Shown piece by piece: positions 8,427 through 18,370 of a stretch of DNA of 40,495 nucleotides (its first letter is position 1; each line of letters begins with the position of its first letter). The stretch is from positions 1-40,495 of the forward strand of contig JBDSGA010000124.1 in assembly GCA_039919235.1 (NCBI GenBank). Reading direction: 5' to 3'. A program made the position numbers and the translations under genes. Under the pieces are notes generated by a model. That model was given only the letters and a program-made list of their open reading frames with translations. It made no database searches and was not told the DNA's origin. Source of the DNA: Thermomonas sp. GTDB taxonomy: Bacteria > Pseudomonadota > Gammaproteobacteria > Xanthomonadales > Xanthomonadaceae.

Positions 8427-8858
8427 ATGAATGATCCTGCCGGATACGCCGTCTTCTTTTTCCCGCCCGCGCTGGAAGTGTTGGGTGAGGCGATCAAGCC
8501 GTACCTGCAAGACGGACCTGCGGGCATGCACGTGCCATGTCGCGAAGTGGACACGGGTGGCGCGTTCATCGAAATGACCCTGCAAGGGCGCACCAATGAA
8601 GGCCAGAACATCGCGCTGGAACTGATGGTGCCGGGCAACATGGTGCGGATGATCGTGTCCGCACGTAGCGATGCCGAGTTTGGCTTCTATGACCGCAGCC
8701 GGGCAGCGCATGTGCTGGTAGAGCCCGGCCTGCCACTTGCTGATGCTGTTGTTGCCAGCACGGCAGCGGAGCCAGTGGTCGGAAACCCCGGCGCACCAGC
8801 TGCGCCTGCAGCAATGCCCGCGCCTTCAGCAAATCCCGCACCCACGCCGGCTAAATGA
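8427..8858 (+). CDS. Conserved hypothetical protein with Pro/Ala-rich tail
   Basis: MNDPAGYAVFFFPPALEVLGEAIKPYL...; start reassigned from 7968 to avoid overlap with the divergent gene. Confidence 0.75.
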   Translation: MNDPAGYAVFFFPPALEVLGEAIKPYLQDGPAGMHVPCREVDTGGAFIEMTLQGRTNEGQNIALELMVPGNMVRMIVSARSDAEFGFYDRSRAAHVLVEPGLPLADAVVASTAAEPVVGNPGAPAAPAAMPAPSANPAPTPAK

Positions 8859-9578
8859 TCAGGTCTGCAACGGCTGCCAGTTGCGGCCGTTGAAGCCTTC
8901 CAGCGGCTGGAAGCGGCGCTTGTAATCCATCTTGGCGTGTCCGGAAATCCAGTAACCCAAGTACAGATGGGTGCGGTGATCACGTGCAGCCCATTCGAGT
9001 TGTTTGAGCACGCCAAGCGTACCCAGTCCGCGCGCGGCTTCTTCGGGATCGTAGAACGTGTAGACCGCCGACAGCGCATCGTCGATCAAATCGGTGACCG
9101 CGACCGCCAGCAACCGGTGCGTGTGGTGTTCGCGCAGCTCCAGGAAACGCCCATCGTTCCAGGAACCGATCAGGAATTGCTCGAACTCCGAAGCCCCATG
9201 ATCGTCCATGCCGCCACCGGCATGGCGTGCACCGAGATACTTTCGATAAAGCGTCAAGTGCTCGTCGGTGCGTTCCGGCATCACGATGCGCACGTCGACA
9301 TCTGCATTGCGTGCCAGGCAGCGACGCTGGCTGCGGTCGGGTTTGAACGCGGCAACCGGCACGCGCACCGCCACGCACGCCTGGCAACCGGCGCAGGCAG
9401 GGCGATAGACGATGTCGCCGGAGCGACGAAAGCCCCAACCCAGCGCCATCGGGTAAAGATTCGCCAAACGAGGATCGCGGGGATCAAGCACCAGGTCGCG
9501 CGCTTCGCGGTCAGCCCAGTAGCCGCAGGGGTGGCTTCCGGTGCGGAACATGCGCAAATTGTCGGCGTCGGTGCCCAT
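8859..9578 (-). CDS. ate: Arginyl-tRNA-protein transferase family (Ate/Bpt, Asp/Glu leucyltransferase)
   Basis: [34 protein letters not shown]...KMDYK. Confidence 0.92.
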   Translation of the reverse strand: MGTDADNLRMFRTGSHPCGYWADREARDLVLDPRDPRLANLYPMALGWGFRRSGDIVYRPACAGCQACVAVRVPVAAFKPDRSQRRCLARNADVDVRIVMPERTDEHLTLYRKYLGARHAGGGMDDHGASEFEQFLIGSWNDGRFLELREHHTHRLLAVAVTDLIDDALSAVYTFYDPEEAARGLGTLGVLKQLEWAARDHRTHLYLGYWISGHAKMDYKRRFQPLEGFNGRNWQPLQT

Positions 9579-9584
9579 TATTCG

Positions 9585-9590
9585 AGGATA
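9585..9590 (-). promoter_or_regulatory. Putative -10 element (TATCCT) 6 nt before the ate ATG; possible leaderless mRNA
   Basis: Minus strand TATCCT-cgaata-ATG; no SD. Confidence 0.55.
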
Positions 9591-9694
9591 CCGCCACCGC
9601 GGTTCAGCTGCGCGATAGGCATATCTGTCAACCGTCGTCGTGGTGCCGCGTTCTCAATGGCATTCCGGCCGATGCCGGTTCTCGAGGAAGACTG

Positions 9695-10492
9695 ATGAGC
9701 AGCGACATGAAGAGCAATTCCATGAAGCAGATGCAGGTACTGTCCGTGGCCGCCGTGCTCGCATTGGCCTCGGCAGCGGTCTATGCACAGACCCAAGAGG
9801 CAGCTCCTGATCGCGCTACGCAGCGCGTGCAACTGGACGTCAATAGGGATGGCGTAATCGATCGTGCCGAAGCCGCCAAGGCGCCCAAGCTGGCTGCGCG
9901 ATTCGACCAGTTGGACACGAACAAGGATGGCAAGCTCAGTGCCGATGAGCGCGCGAAGATGCGGGGCACGCATCATCGCGGCGCAATGAGTGGTGGCCAC
10001 GGGCGGATGATGGCGCTGGACACCGACAAGGATGGTCGGATCAGCCGCACCGAGGCCATGGCGGCAAAGGGCAAGTTCGTTGATCGTTTCGACAAGATGG
10101 ACGTCAACAAGGATAGCTACATTGACCGCGGTGACATGCAGGCCAGGATGGCACGGAACCGCGCCGAGATATTCAAGGACGCCGATTCCAACCGTGATGG
10201 CCGGGTGACCCGCGACGAATTCACCATCGAGCAAGGTGCACGCAGTGCGGAACGGCGGGAGAAGCGGGCCAGCCATGCGCAAGCAGCAGGCAAGCAAGCA
10301 CTCGTGCGCCTAGCACCGACCGAGCAGCAGCAGATGGCATTCGCCGGCAAGAGGTTTGATGCGATTGACACCAACAAGGATGGCGCGCTGACACGTGCAG
10401 AGTTCGATGCGTTCAAGCCCAAGGATCGTGGCATGCACCAAGGCATGGACCATCGCATGGGCGATGCAACGGTGCCCGCATCCAAGCCTTGA
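9695..10492 (+). CDS. Secreted EF-hand calcium-binding protein (six EF-hand-like loops)
   Basis: Signal peptide (AVYA-Q); loops DVNRDGVIDRAE, DTNKDGKLSADE, DTDKDGRISRTE, DVNKDSYIDRGD, DSNRDGRVTRDE, DTNKDGALTRAE; GAGG SD; exact Met start uncertain. Confidence 0.88.
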   Translation: MSSDMKSNSMKQMQVLSVAAVLALASAAVYAQTQEAAPDRATQRVQLDVNRDGVIDRAEAAKAPKLAARFDQLDTNKDGKLSADERAKMRGTHHRGAMSGGHGRMMALDTDKDGRISRTEAMAAKGKFVDRFDKMDVNKDSYIDRGDMQARMARNRAEIFKDADSNRDGRVTRDEFTIEQGARSAERREKRASHAQAAGKQALVRLAPTEQQQMAFAGKRFDAIDTNKDGALTRAEFDAFKPKDRGMHQGMDHRMGDATVPASKP

Positions 10493-10517
10493 TTTGCTGA
10501 CGCCCCTGCAAAACACC

Positions 10518-10543
10518 CAACGCCCGGAGCATTCCGGGCGTTG
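10518..10543. terminator. Hairpin between convergent genes; probable intrinsic terminator
   Basis: CAACGCCCGGA-gcat-TCCGGGCGTTG, perfect 11-bp stem. Confidence 0.75.
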
Positions 10544-10562
10544 TCGTTCGAGTGCGCACTAT

Positions 10563-11384
10563 TCACTGTCGGGAACGAATTTCCCAGCGATTGCCGTCGC
10601 GTTCGGCCTCGACTTTTCGGGCTTTACCGCCACCAGTCGTCAGTTGCACGTGACCGCGCCCGGACCCATCGGTCATGTAATCGTTGATGGCGATGTTCCA
10701 TGACCCATCCTTCGGGCAATCGCTGGCGGCGAACGCTTGCGTCGCACTGCCAAACACCAGTGATTCGATGAACTGCGGCGCAGGGTCGGCGCCGTCGATC
10801 GCAATGCAAGCCTGCGCAGGCTTCGCTTTGGCGGTCTCGGTTTCCACCAGCAGCTTGGCCAGCGCGGTGGGCACGTCGGCGCGATAGATCTCCAGATCAT
10901 CGGCCTGCGGGATGATCGCGGGTGACGGGAATTTTGGTTTGGCCGGAGCAACGGCAGCAACGGGCTTGTTGGCGGGAACTGCCGGAGTGTCACGGCGCGC
11001 ATACCAGATCAGCGCACTCACCACGACGATCAACACCAGCAGGCCGATCCGTACACGTGCGCGCGAACTGCGTTTGCGCTCGATGTGAGCCTTTTTGTCG
11101 TGCAGGGTCGACAACGGCAGGTAGCTGCTCTCGCCTGCGCGCGTGCTCTCCAGCAGGCCGGCATCGCGCAGCAACTGGCGTCCGCGCGGCTGGTCGTCAG
11201 CTTTGAGGATCCACACCGCGGGTTGTCGGCCAGACTCGGCGCCGTCTCGATAACTGAAATGGCTGCGGCGGTTGCCTTGATAGGAACGGCCATCGCTGAT
11301 CCGCACGTCGATGCCTTCCTTGCGCAGCAGCTCGGCTACGGCTTCCACGTTTTCGAGGCGTTGGCTGGAAAATACCTGGCGCAT
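10563..11384 (-). CDS. Conserved single-TM hypothetical protein (Xanthomonadaceae 'pathogenicity-like' type N-terminus)
   Basis: MRQVFSSQRLENVEAVAELL...; one TM (IGLLVLIVVVSALIWY), Pro/Ala linker, C-terminal domain with two Cys; directly downstream of tesB. Confidence 0.75.
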   Translation of the reverse strand: MRQVFSSQRLENVEAVAELLRKEGIDVRISDGRSYQGNRRSHFSYRDGAESGRQPAVWILKADDQPRGRQLLRDAGLLESTRAGESSYLPLSTLHDKKAHIERKRSSRARVRIGLLVLIVVVSALIWYARRDTPAVPANKPVAAVAPAKPKFPSPAIIPQADDLEIYRADVPTALAKLLVETETAKAKPAQACIAIDGADPAPQFIESLVFGSATQAFAASDCPKDGSWNIAINDYMTDGSGRGHVQLTTGGGKARKVEAERDGNRWEIRSRQ

Positions 11385-11386
11385 GC

Positions 11387-12307
11387 TCAGCCTTTCGCGT
11401 GAAGCGGGGTATTGGCCTTGTCGGCGCCAACGACGCGGATCAAGCCTTCCTGCGCACTGCTGGCAACCAAGCGTCCGCTACGGTCGAAGATCTGGCCGCG
11501 AGCCAGTCCGCGTCCACCTTGGGCGCTGGGGCTGTCGATCGAATACAGCAGCCACTCATCGGCGCGAAATGGGCGGTGGAACCACAGCGCGTGATCGAGC
11601 GAGGCCATCTGCACATCGGGCTGGTAGTAGCTGATGCCGTGCGGGAAGGTCGCGGTGCCCAGCAAATGGAAGTCGCTGGCATAGGCCAGCAGCGCGCGAT
11701 GCAGTTCGGGCGCATCACCCACGCGCTCCGACAGCCGGAACCAGACGTGCTGAAACGGCGGACGCTTGGGCGGATTCAATTCGTCGCGCGGATAGACATG
11801 GCGGAACTCGAACGGACCTTGCCGGGTCAACCAGCGCTGGACCTTGCTGGGTAGTTTCGCCATCTGTTCCTGAGAGAGCGCCTGCGCGGGTTCCAGATCT
11901 TCGGGCTTCGGCACTTCCGGCATCGATAATTGGTGTTCGGCGCCGTCTTCATGCTGCTGGAACGATGCGGCAAGGAAGAAAATCGGTTGCCCGTGCTGGA
12001 TCGCGGTGACCCGGCGCACCGAGAAACTGCCGCCATCACGCGTGCGATCCACGTTGTAGACAATGGGCGCCTCGATGTCGCCGGCGCGCAGGAAATAGGC
12101 GTGCAAGGAATGCGCATCGCGTGGTTCGCCCGCAGTGTCCATCGTGGCCTGCGCCGCCGAGAGCGCCTGGCCCAGCACCTGGCCACCAAACACGTACTTT
12201 GTTCCGATGTCGCGGCTCTGGCCGCGGAACAGGTTGTCTTCTAGGCGCTCCAGCGAAAGCAGTTCAACCAGCTCGTGGACGACGGGTTCGGAGGAGGGCG
12301 GATTCAT
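11387..12307 (-). CDS. tesB: Acyl-CoA thioesterase II
   Basis: VFGGQVLGQAL, HSLHAYFLR, RDGGSF, LAYASD, ASLDHALWFHRP, QEGLIR. Confidence 0.95.
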   Translation of the reverse strand: MNPPSSEPVVHELVELLSLERLEDNLFRGQSRDIGTKYVFGGQVLGQALSAAQATMDTAGEPRDAHSLHAYFLRAGDIEAPIVYNVDRTRDGGSFSVRRVTAIQHGQPIFFLAASFQQHEDGAEHQLSMPEVPKPEDLEPAQALSQEQMAKLPSKVQRWLTRQGPFEFRHVYPRDELNPPKRPPFQHVWFRLSERVGDAPELHRALLAYASDFHLLGTATFPHGISYYQPDVQMASLDHALWFHRPFRADEWLLYSIDSPSAQGGRGLARGQIFDRSGRLVASSAQEGLIRVVGADKANTPLHAKG

Positions 12308-12313
12308 CCCCGG

Positions 12314-12319
12314 ATTATA
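12314..12319 (-). promoter_or_regulatory. Consensus -10 TATAAT 6 nt before the tesB ATG, containing the amidase stop codon
   Basis: Minus strand TATAAT-ccgggg-ATG. Confidence 0.6.
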
Positions 12320-12902
12320 GGTGCTGCGCTACCGCAAGCCGCTCCAACGGTACCTCGGCAAGCACGCGTGTCCACGGGAACGAAGGGCCCGGATCGCGCT
12401 TGCGGCGGACCTTCACGTGAGGGTCGTCGCTGGACTCGACCTCGTCGGTATCGAGGTCCTCGTGCCCGGCGATCACGTTCAGGCCAGGGATGCGAGTGCA
12501 CAGGTCACGCAGTAACGCGATCAAACCGTCGATCTGTGCATCGGTATAGGCCTCGTCCATCGCCTGGTACCGCGAGTCCAGCCAGTCCGGGTAGCGGCCG
12601 GTATTGACAAGTTCGATGCCAACCGAACGCGGGTTGTAGCCACGGGTGTGGTGGGCGATGTGGCCGATGTCGACGTATTCCACGATGCTGCCGTCGCGGT
12701 CGATGTAGAAATGCCCGCTGTTGCCGGTGCCACTGTCCTGGTACAGGACGCGTTCGCCGAACACACGCGCCATGGCGAGATCGGGCAGCTCCGTGCAATG
12801 AATCACCACCAACTCGATGTCATCCAACGGACGGGTTGCAAGCAGGGCTGCGTAGGGCAGCGGCTCGATGCGGATGTGGTTGCATATCACGGGCTCTGGC
12901 AT
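12315..12902 (-). CDS. N-acetylmuramoyl-L-alanine amidase (Amidase_2, AmpD-like)
   Basis: VVIHCT, SGHFYIDRDG, AHH..GYN..SVGIEL, GHEDL, KRDPG; no signal peptide. Confidence 0.9.
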   Translation of the reverse strand: MPEPVICNHIRIEPLPYAALLATRPLDDIELVVIHCTELPDLAMARVFGERVLYQDSGTGNSGHFYIDRDGSIVEYVDIGHIAHHTRGYNPRSVGIELVNTGRYPDWLDSRYQAMDEAYTDAQIDGLIALLRDLCTRIPGLNVIAGHEDLDTDEVESSDDPHVKVRRKRDPGPSFPWTRVLAEVPLERLAVAQHL

Positions 12903-12908
12903 GCGCCG

Positions 12909-12917
12909 ATGCTAGCA
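12909..12917 (-). promoter_or_regulatory. Putative extended -10 (TGcTAGCAT) 6 nt before the amidase ATG; possible leaderless mRNA
   Basis: Minus strand TGC-TAGCAT-cggcgc-ATG; no SD. Confidence 0.6.
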
Positions 12918-13058
12918 TTCACCTATGTCGAGACTGCCCAATCAAGCGCCACACGCCCCCAGTCTCAGCGGCCCCCATGCAACAGATGCAAATGACGGTT
13001 CAAACCGACCCATAGCGATCCTCGGCATGTTGCGAATCACCCAAGCAGGGGCCACGCC

Positions 13059-13589
13059 ATGAGGGGGCATTGCATCCTCTCGCACGGCTTTGAAAGCGGT
13101 CCCGACGCAACCAAGGTCACCGCATTGGCTGATGTGGCGGAGCGGTTGGGTTGGACCCACGAGCGACCCGACTACAGCGATCTCGATGCGATGCAGGATG
13201 TCAGCAATCTCGGTGACGTGTCCTCTCGGCTGCAGCGACTCTTGCAGCTTGCGTCCAAAGCGGCATCTCGCGGCCCGTTGGTGCTGGCTGGTTCGAGTCT
13301 CGGTGCCTGGATCTCCGCGCGGGTTTCGCTTGAAGTGCCGGTGCTTGGTCTGTTCCTGATGGCGCCACCTGTGAGCATGGGTCCGGCACCGGGATTGGAC
13401 GCGGCACAGGTGCCAACGTCGATCATCCACGGCTGGCATGATGAACTGATTCCTGCCTCACACGTCATCGACTGGGCCGGCTCGCGCAATGCGCGTCTGC
13501 TGCTGGTGAATGATTCTCATCGCCTGTCCGATCATGTGCAGGCCAGCGCTGACGCCTTTGAACAATTACTCACGATGTTGCCGGCATGA
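13059..13589 (+). CDS. Small alpha/beta hydrolase
   Basis: SHGFES, nucleophile [18 protein letters not shown]; stop overlaps rlmKL start. Confidence 0.88.
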   Translation: MRGHCILSHGFESGPDATKVTALADVAERLGWTHERPDYSDLDAMQDVSNLGDVSSRLQRLLQLASKAASRGPLVLAGSSLGAWISARVSLEVPVLGLFLMAPPVSMGPAPGLDAAQVPTSIIHGWHDELIPASHVIDWAGSRNARLLLVNDSHRLSDHVQASADAFEQLLTMLPA

Positions 13590-15724
13590 AATTTTTCGCA
13601 AGTTGCGGCAAAGGCCTGGAATACCTGTTGGCCGATGAGCTGGTGGCGCTCGGTTGCTGTCGCGCAACCGCGACGATGGCGGGTGCCAACGCCGAGGGCG
13701 AATTGATCGACGCGCAGCGCGCCGTGTTGTGGTCGCGACTGGCCAGCCGCGTGCTGTGGCCGATCAGCGAATTTGAGTGCGCCGACGAGCACGCGCTCTA
13801 CGCTGGCGCGATGCAGGTGGAATGGTCTCGGCATATTTCGCCTGACCACACCATCGCGGTCGATGCGCATGTCTCGGGCGATGCGATCACCCATGCACGC
13901 TATGCGGCGCAGCGGGTCAAGGACGCGGTGGTCGATACCTTGCGCGCACAAACTGGCGCACGCCCGGATGTGGATGTCGAATCACCTGACGTGCGCATCA
14001 ATCTGGTCGTTCGCAAGGGGCGCGCGATTATTTCCATCGACCTCGGTGGTGGCCCGCTGCACCGGCGCGGTTGGCGCCGCGCGCAGGGCGAAGCACCGCT
14101 CAAGGAAAACCTGGCCGCAGCCGTGCTGTTGCGTGGCGGCTGGCCACAGGCGTACTTCGCGGGCGGCGATCTGCTGGATCCGATGTGCGGCAGCGGCACC
14201 TTGCTGATCGAAGGTGCGCTGATGGCGGCCGATGTCGCGCCCGGCCTGATGCGGCTGGGCGAACGGTTGCCGACCCGCTGGCATGGGTTCGACGTGGATG
14301 CGTGGAAGACGCTCGAGATCGACGCAATCGAACGCGAAGCCCGCGGTCGGACCACCTTGCGCGCGTGCATCCACGGCAGCGACAGCGATCCACATGCGAT
14401 TCGCGCCGCGCGTGAGAACGCGCAAGTCGCCGGCGTCGCCGACGCAATTGATGTGGCCGTCTGCGACATCGGGTCGTTGCCGGTGCAGCCCAACGCCAAC
14501 GGCGTGGTCGCCTGCAATCCACCCTACGACGCGCGCCTGGCCGCGGATCCCGCGCTGTACCGGGCGCTAGGCGGGGCACTGCAGCGTGCGACACCGGCAT
14601 GGACTGCGAGCCTGCTGTGTGGCGATTTCGAACTGGCGCGCGCCACTGGATTGCGGGCGCAAAAACGCTATCAGGTGTTCAACGGTCCGATCGAATGCAA
14701 CTTGATCGTGGCTAACCCGATTGCCATGCCGGAACGCGCCGATGGCGCGCCGCGTGGATTGAGTGAGGGCGCACAGATGGTCGCCAACCGCCTGCGCAAG
14801 AACCTGAAAGGGTTGCGTGCATGGCGCGAACGCGAAGGCATCACCTGCTTCCGTGCGTACGACGCCGACATCCCCGAATATTCGTGCGCGGTCGACGTTT
14901 ACACCACTGACCCTGATGAAACAGTGTGGCTGCACGTCCAGGAATATGCGGCGCCCGCCGACATTCCCGAAGCGACCACGCGCAAGCGCCTCAATGAGTT
15001 GCTAGCGGCGGTGCGCGACGTATTCGAAGTGCCGCGCGAGCGTGTGGCGTTGAAGACGCGCAGCACCGGCAAGGGCGGCAGCAAGTATGGTCATTTCGAT
15101 CATCGCGGCGAGTTCCTGCGTGTACGCGAAGGCAGCGCGGAGCTGCAAGTCAACCTGTTCGATTACCTCGACACGGGCCTGTTTCTCGACCACCGGCCGC
15201 TGCGCGCACGGATGGCGCTGGAAGCGCGCGGTCGTCGCTTCCTCAACCTGTTCTGCTACACCGGCGTCGCAACCGTGCAGGCGGCTGTGAACGGCGCGCT
15301 TGAAACGACCAGCGTGGACCTGTCGACGACCTACCTCGATTGGCTGGGCGAAAACCTGCGCGAGAATGGCATTGGCGGCACCCGCCATCGGGTCACCCAA
15401 AGTGATGCGTTGCGCTGGCTGGAAGCGGATCGTGGCGAGTACGACGTGGTCTTCTGCGATCCGCCGACATTTTCGAATTCCAAGCGGGCCGAAGACTTCG
15501 ACGTGCAGCGCGACCATATACGCTTGCTGGGTGCGACGATGGAGCGAGTGTCTGCTGATGGCGTGCTGTATTTTTCCAACAACTTCCGGCGGTTCCGACT
15601 GGATATCGAGGCGCTTTCGGAATTCGCGATGGTCGAAGACATCAGTGCTTCGAGCATTCCCCCAGATTACGTTCGCAACCCGCGCATCCATCGTGCGTGG
15701 CGGCTGACGCGCAAGCGAAGCTGA
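13586..15724 (+). CDS. rlmKL: Bifunctional 23S rRNA m7G2069/m2G2445 methyltransferase RlmKL
   Basis: THUMP region, [22 protein letters not shown]; second MTase with [29 protein letters not shown]. Confidence 0.96.
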   Translation: MKFFASCGKGLEYLLADELVALGCCRATATMAGANAEGELIDAQRAVLWSRLASRVLWPISEFECADEHALYAGAMQVEWSRHISPDHTIAVDAHVSGDAITHARYAAQRVKDAVVDTLRAQTGARPDVDVESPDVRINLVVRKGRAIISIDLGGGPLHRRGWRRAQGEAPLKENLAAAVLLRGGWPQAYFAGGDLLDPMCGSGTLLIEGALMAADVAPGLMRLGERLPTRWHGFDVDAWKTLEIDAIEREARGRTTLRACIHGSDSDPHAIRAARENAQVAGVADAIDVAVCDIGSLPVQPNANGVVACNPPYDARLAADPALYRALGGALQRATPAWTASLLCGDFELARATGLRAQKRYQVFNGPIECNLIVANPIAMPERADGAPRGLSEGAQMVANRLRKNLKGLRAWREREGITCFRAYDADIPEYSCAVDVYTTDPDETVWLHVQEYAAPADIPEATTRKRLNELLAAVRDVFEVPRERVALKTRSTGKGGSKYGHFDHRGEFLRVREGSAELQVNLFDYLDTGLFLDHRPLRARMALEARGRRFLNLFCYTGVATVQAAVNGALETTSVDLSTTYLDWLGENLRENGIGGTRHRVTQSDALRWLEADRGEYDVVFCDPPTFSNSKRAEDFDVQRDHIRLLGATMERVSADGVLYFSNNFRRFRLDIEALSEFAMVEDISASSIPPDYVRNPRIHRAWRLTRKRS

Positions 15725-15741
15725 CAGGGCGAAACCAGATC

Positions 15742-16362
15742 ATGCGCAATCATTCATCAGAAAGGCTGCGTTTCATCGGCCAATGGTTGAAGAACCCACG
15801 GCAGACGGCATCGGTTACGCCATCCAGTCCCGAGCTTGCGGCTGCGATGCTGGTGCAATTGCCACCGAACACAACGCGCGTGATCGAGCTAGGCGGCGGT
15901 ACCGGCGCGCTGACCCGCGCGCTGGTCGACCATGGCATTGCCGGGAGGGATTTGCTGGTGCTGGAGTTGAACAAGGAACTGCATACGCACCTGCGTTTGC
16001 AGTTCCCCGATGAGGTGTTGGTGCAGGGTGATGCGGTCGAGTTGCCGCGGCTTGCGGCAAGCACGGGATTCTTGGCCAACAGCCCGGCCGATGCAGTCGT
16101 ATCCAGTCTCGGATTGCTGGCAATGGGTCGCGAGCAATCAGTGGGCATCCTGCGCGCTGCGTTCGAATGCCTGCGACCTGATGGTCGCTTCATCCAATTC
16201 ACCTATGGACCGATGTCGCCGATTTCCGACGGCGTGCTGGGGTCTCTGGGGCTGAACATGCGCCGCGGTGATTTCGTCCTGCATAACGTGCCGCCTGCCA
16301 CTGTCTGGGTTTACCAGCGCAACCAGAGCAAGGCGATCGTGCCGCGTAGCGTCAATCGCTGA
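15742..16362 (+). CDS. Class I SAM-dependent methyltransferase, phospholipid N-methyltransferase (PmtA)-like
   Basis: SVTPSS..LA, IELGGGTG, VVSSLG, FIQFTYG, NVPPATVW. Confidence 0.8.
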   Translation: MRNHSSERLRFIGQWLKNPRQTASVTPSSPELAAAMLVQLPPNTTRVIELGGGTGALTRALVDHGIAGRDLLVLELNKELHTHLRLQFPDEVLVQGDAVELPRLAASTGFLANSPADAVVSSLGLLAMGREQSVGILRAAFECLRPDGRFIQFTYGPMSPISDGVLGSLGLNMRRGDFVLHNVPPATVWVYQRNQSKAIVPRSVNR

Positions 16363-16446
16363 GCCGGTGGATGGATTCCGCGCTCAAGCAGTGCAAACGA
16401 TGAGTGTCAAGATCTCCTGGATGAGGCCGGGTCGCGGGCCCCGGAT

Positions 16447-17547
16447 TTAACGGCCGCGCATTCGTCCGAACAAACCGCCACCGGCCTTGCCTGCAGGTTC
16501 CGGCTCAGGTTCCGCCGGCAGCACCAACTCCGCGTAACCGGTCGCCAGGTTGGCATTCACGAAATCTGCGATATCTGCGCGATCCACGCCGCTTGACGCA
16601 GCGATTTCATCGAGCGTGGATGGCCCTTTCATCATCGCGGTGGCGATGCGGAAATGCTTGGGGTATTCGCGCTCGGTCTGTGGCCATTTGGTGAGGCGGT
16701 ATTGGCCATCGGGATCATTGCCGGGGAGCAGGGTGCCGTTGCCAGCCAGCAATCCCGCCAGCCATTGCAGGCGTACGAACGGTTGTGCGCTTCCCAGCGA
16801 GACCGCTTCGGATTCCCACGTGGCAGCGTCCGGTGTTTCGAAATCCTCGATCCGCAAGGTGCCTTCGAAAAACGCGGCCAGGGGTTTCAAGATCGCAGGG
16901 CCGTGATAGACCTTGCTGCGCGGATCAATCAGCAGGACCTGCCCATCCGCACGCTTCAGGCGAACCCGGCGCTCAAGACCATTGCCAACCAGCCAATGTG
17001 CCAGCGGGCGATCCGGCGCGATTGCAATGGTGGGTGTCGATGCGGGTGCGGGCGCCAGCGTCGGCTTGGGGTCTGTTGCCGGGTCGGGCCCCACGAAAAC
17101 AGGCAGCGGAGCCATCGCAGGCCGCAATGCCGGACTGGCCTCGACTTCGTCTTCCTGCAATGCGTGGGCTTCGGGTAGTTGGTCCACAGGCGCAGGTGCG
17201 TGCGTGGACGCGGCCGGTGCCACGGCGGCTTGGTCGGGCGGGGTATCGACTTCGATTTCACTCAACAGCACGGCGAGGTCGTTCGCGTTGAGCGGACGCA
17301 TCAGCCGGTAATCGGTCTGGCTTCTCTCCACGGAGGTCAGTCCAATGACCTTGCGCCCGGCGGCATGCAAGCGCAGCCAGCTCATCGGTCCGTACAGGCT
17401 GTCCATGTCGATCACGACATAGTCGGCATTGTCATCCGCAACCAGCGTCCAGCGCCCTCCGATTTCTGCATTCGCTGTCTTGAATGCGGTCGTTACATCG
17501 GCTTGGGTCGCGCTGTCCATCCCGGTGGTGCCGAGGGTCAGGGCCAT
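16447..17547 (-). CDS. Conserved hypothetical protein: N-terminal alpha/beta (receiver-like) domain, Pro/Ala linker, C-terminal helix-turn-helix-like domain
   Basis: ADYVVIDMDSLYGPMSWL...L.RP; C-terminal YRLTKWPQTEREYPKHFRIATAMMKGPSTLDEIAA. Confidence 0.75.
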   Translation of the reverse strand: MALTLGTTGMDSATQADVTTAFKTANAEIGGRWTLVADDNADYVVIDMDSLYGPMSWLRLHAAGRKVIGLTSVERSQTDYRLMRPLNANDLAVLLSEIEVDTPPDQAAVAPAASTHAPAPVDQLPEAHALQEDEVEASPALRPAMAPLPVFVGPDPATDPKPTLAPAPASTPTIAIAPDRPLAHWLVGNGLERRVRLKRADGQVLLIDPRSKVYHGPAILKPLAAFFEGTLRIEDFETPDAATWESEAVSLGSAQPFVRLQWLAGLLAGNGTLLPGNDPDGQYRLTKWPQTEREYPKHFRIATAMMKGPSTLDEIAASSGVDRADIADFVNANLATGYAELVLPAEPEPEPAGKAGGGLFGRMRGR

Positions 17548-17630
17548 GATGAAGGTCCACTGCGGAAAGGTGCAGTGTTCCCAAGCTGGACGGCCACGTC
17601 AACGCGCAATGGGCGTCACATGCGGACGCA

Positions 17631-18317
17631 TCATGCCGCCCGCGGCCGTTTCTTGGGCAGTTGCGCCTTCAGGAAGGCCATCTGGTCAGCCAGGATGTTG
17701 CGGTTGGACATGATCAGGTGTTCGATCCAGCTCGGCCGGTAGGGTACCGCCAGCAACGGCATGGATGCCTGTTGCGGGGTTCGGTTGCCCTTGCGGGAAT
17801 TGCAGTGGATGCACGCGGACACCACGTTTTCCCAGATATCCCGCCCACCCTTGGAAACGGGCTGCACATGGTCGCGGGTGAGTGCAGTTCGGCTGAATTC
17901 CCGACCGCAATACAAGCACAGGGACTGATCGCGCGCGAAAAGGGCTTGATTGGTCAGGGTCGGGGTTGGAGCCAGCACGCGTGAACGCGAATGCCCGCGC
18001 GCGGCGATGATTGGATGCAAGTGGACGATGCTTTGCTGGTTGCTTTCACGGTTGATGCCGCCGTGGATGTGCAGGCACGGATCGCCCAAAGTCCACGCGA
18101 CGGCCCCGCGTGCATACAGGCAGGTGGCGTCTTGCCAGCTCATCCAGTCCAACGCACGCCCATGTGCGTCGAGCCCAAGCAAACGCAAACCGGGGACGTT
18201 GGAAACCGAGTGTGGGAACGCAGGCGTTTCGATAACGGGTAGCTCGCCGACCGCGATTGTGCTCGCGGTTCGGGCGCCGGCGTGGACCTGGCGAAATGTC
18301 GCGCTATCGGTCTCCAT
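17631..18317 (-). CDS. HNH endonuclease family protein
   Basis: LFARD..LCLYCG, LTRDHVQPVSKGG..WENVVSACIHCNSRKG. Confidence 0.9.
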   Translation of the reverse strand: METDSATFRQVHAGARTASTIAVGELPVIETPAFPHSVSNVPGLRLLGLDAHGRALDWMSWQDATCLYARGAVAWTLGDPCLHIHGGINRESNQQSIVHLHPIIAARGHSRSRVLAPTPTLTNQALFARDQSLCLYCGREFSRTALTRDHVQPVSKGGRDIWENVVSACIHCNSRKGNRTPQQASMPLLAVPYRPSWIEHLIMSNRNILADQMAFLKAQLPKKRPRAA

Positions 18318-18370
18318 CGAGGATCGAGCTTATACCTCTTTGATGACGTTTGCCTGTCGCCGGTGGCTAC

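Noticed and set aside
17631-18317. HNH gene as a homing endonuclease or defence nuclease
   Set aside because: No intron, intein, methyltransferase partner or mobile context; sits among core genes.
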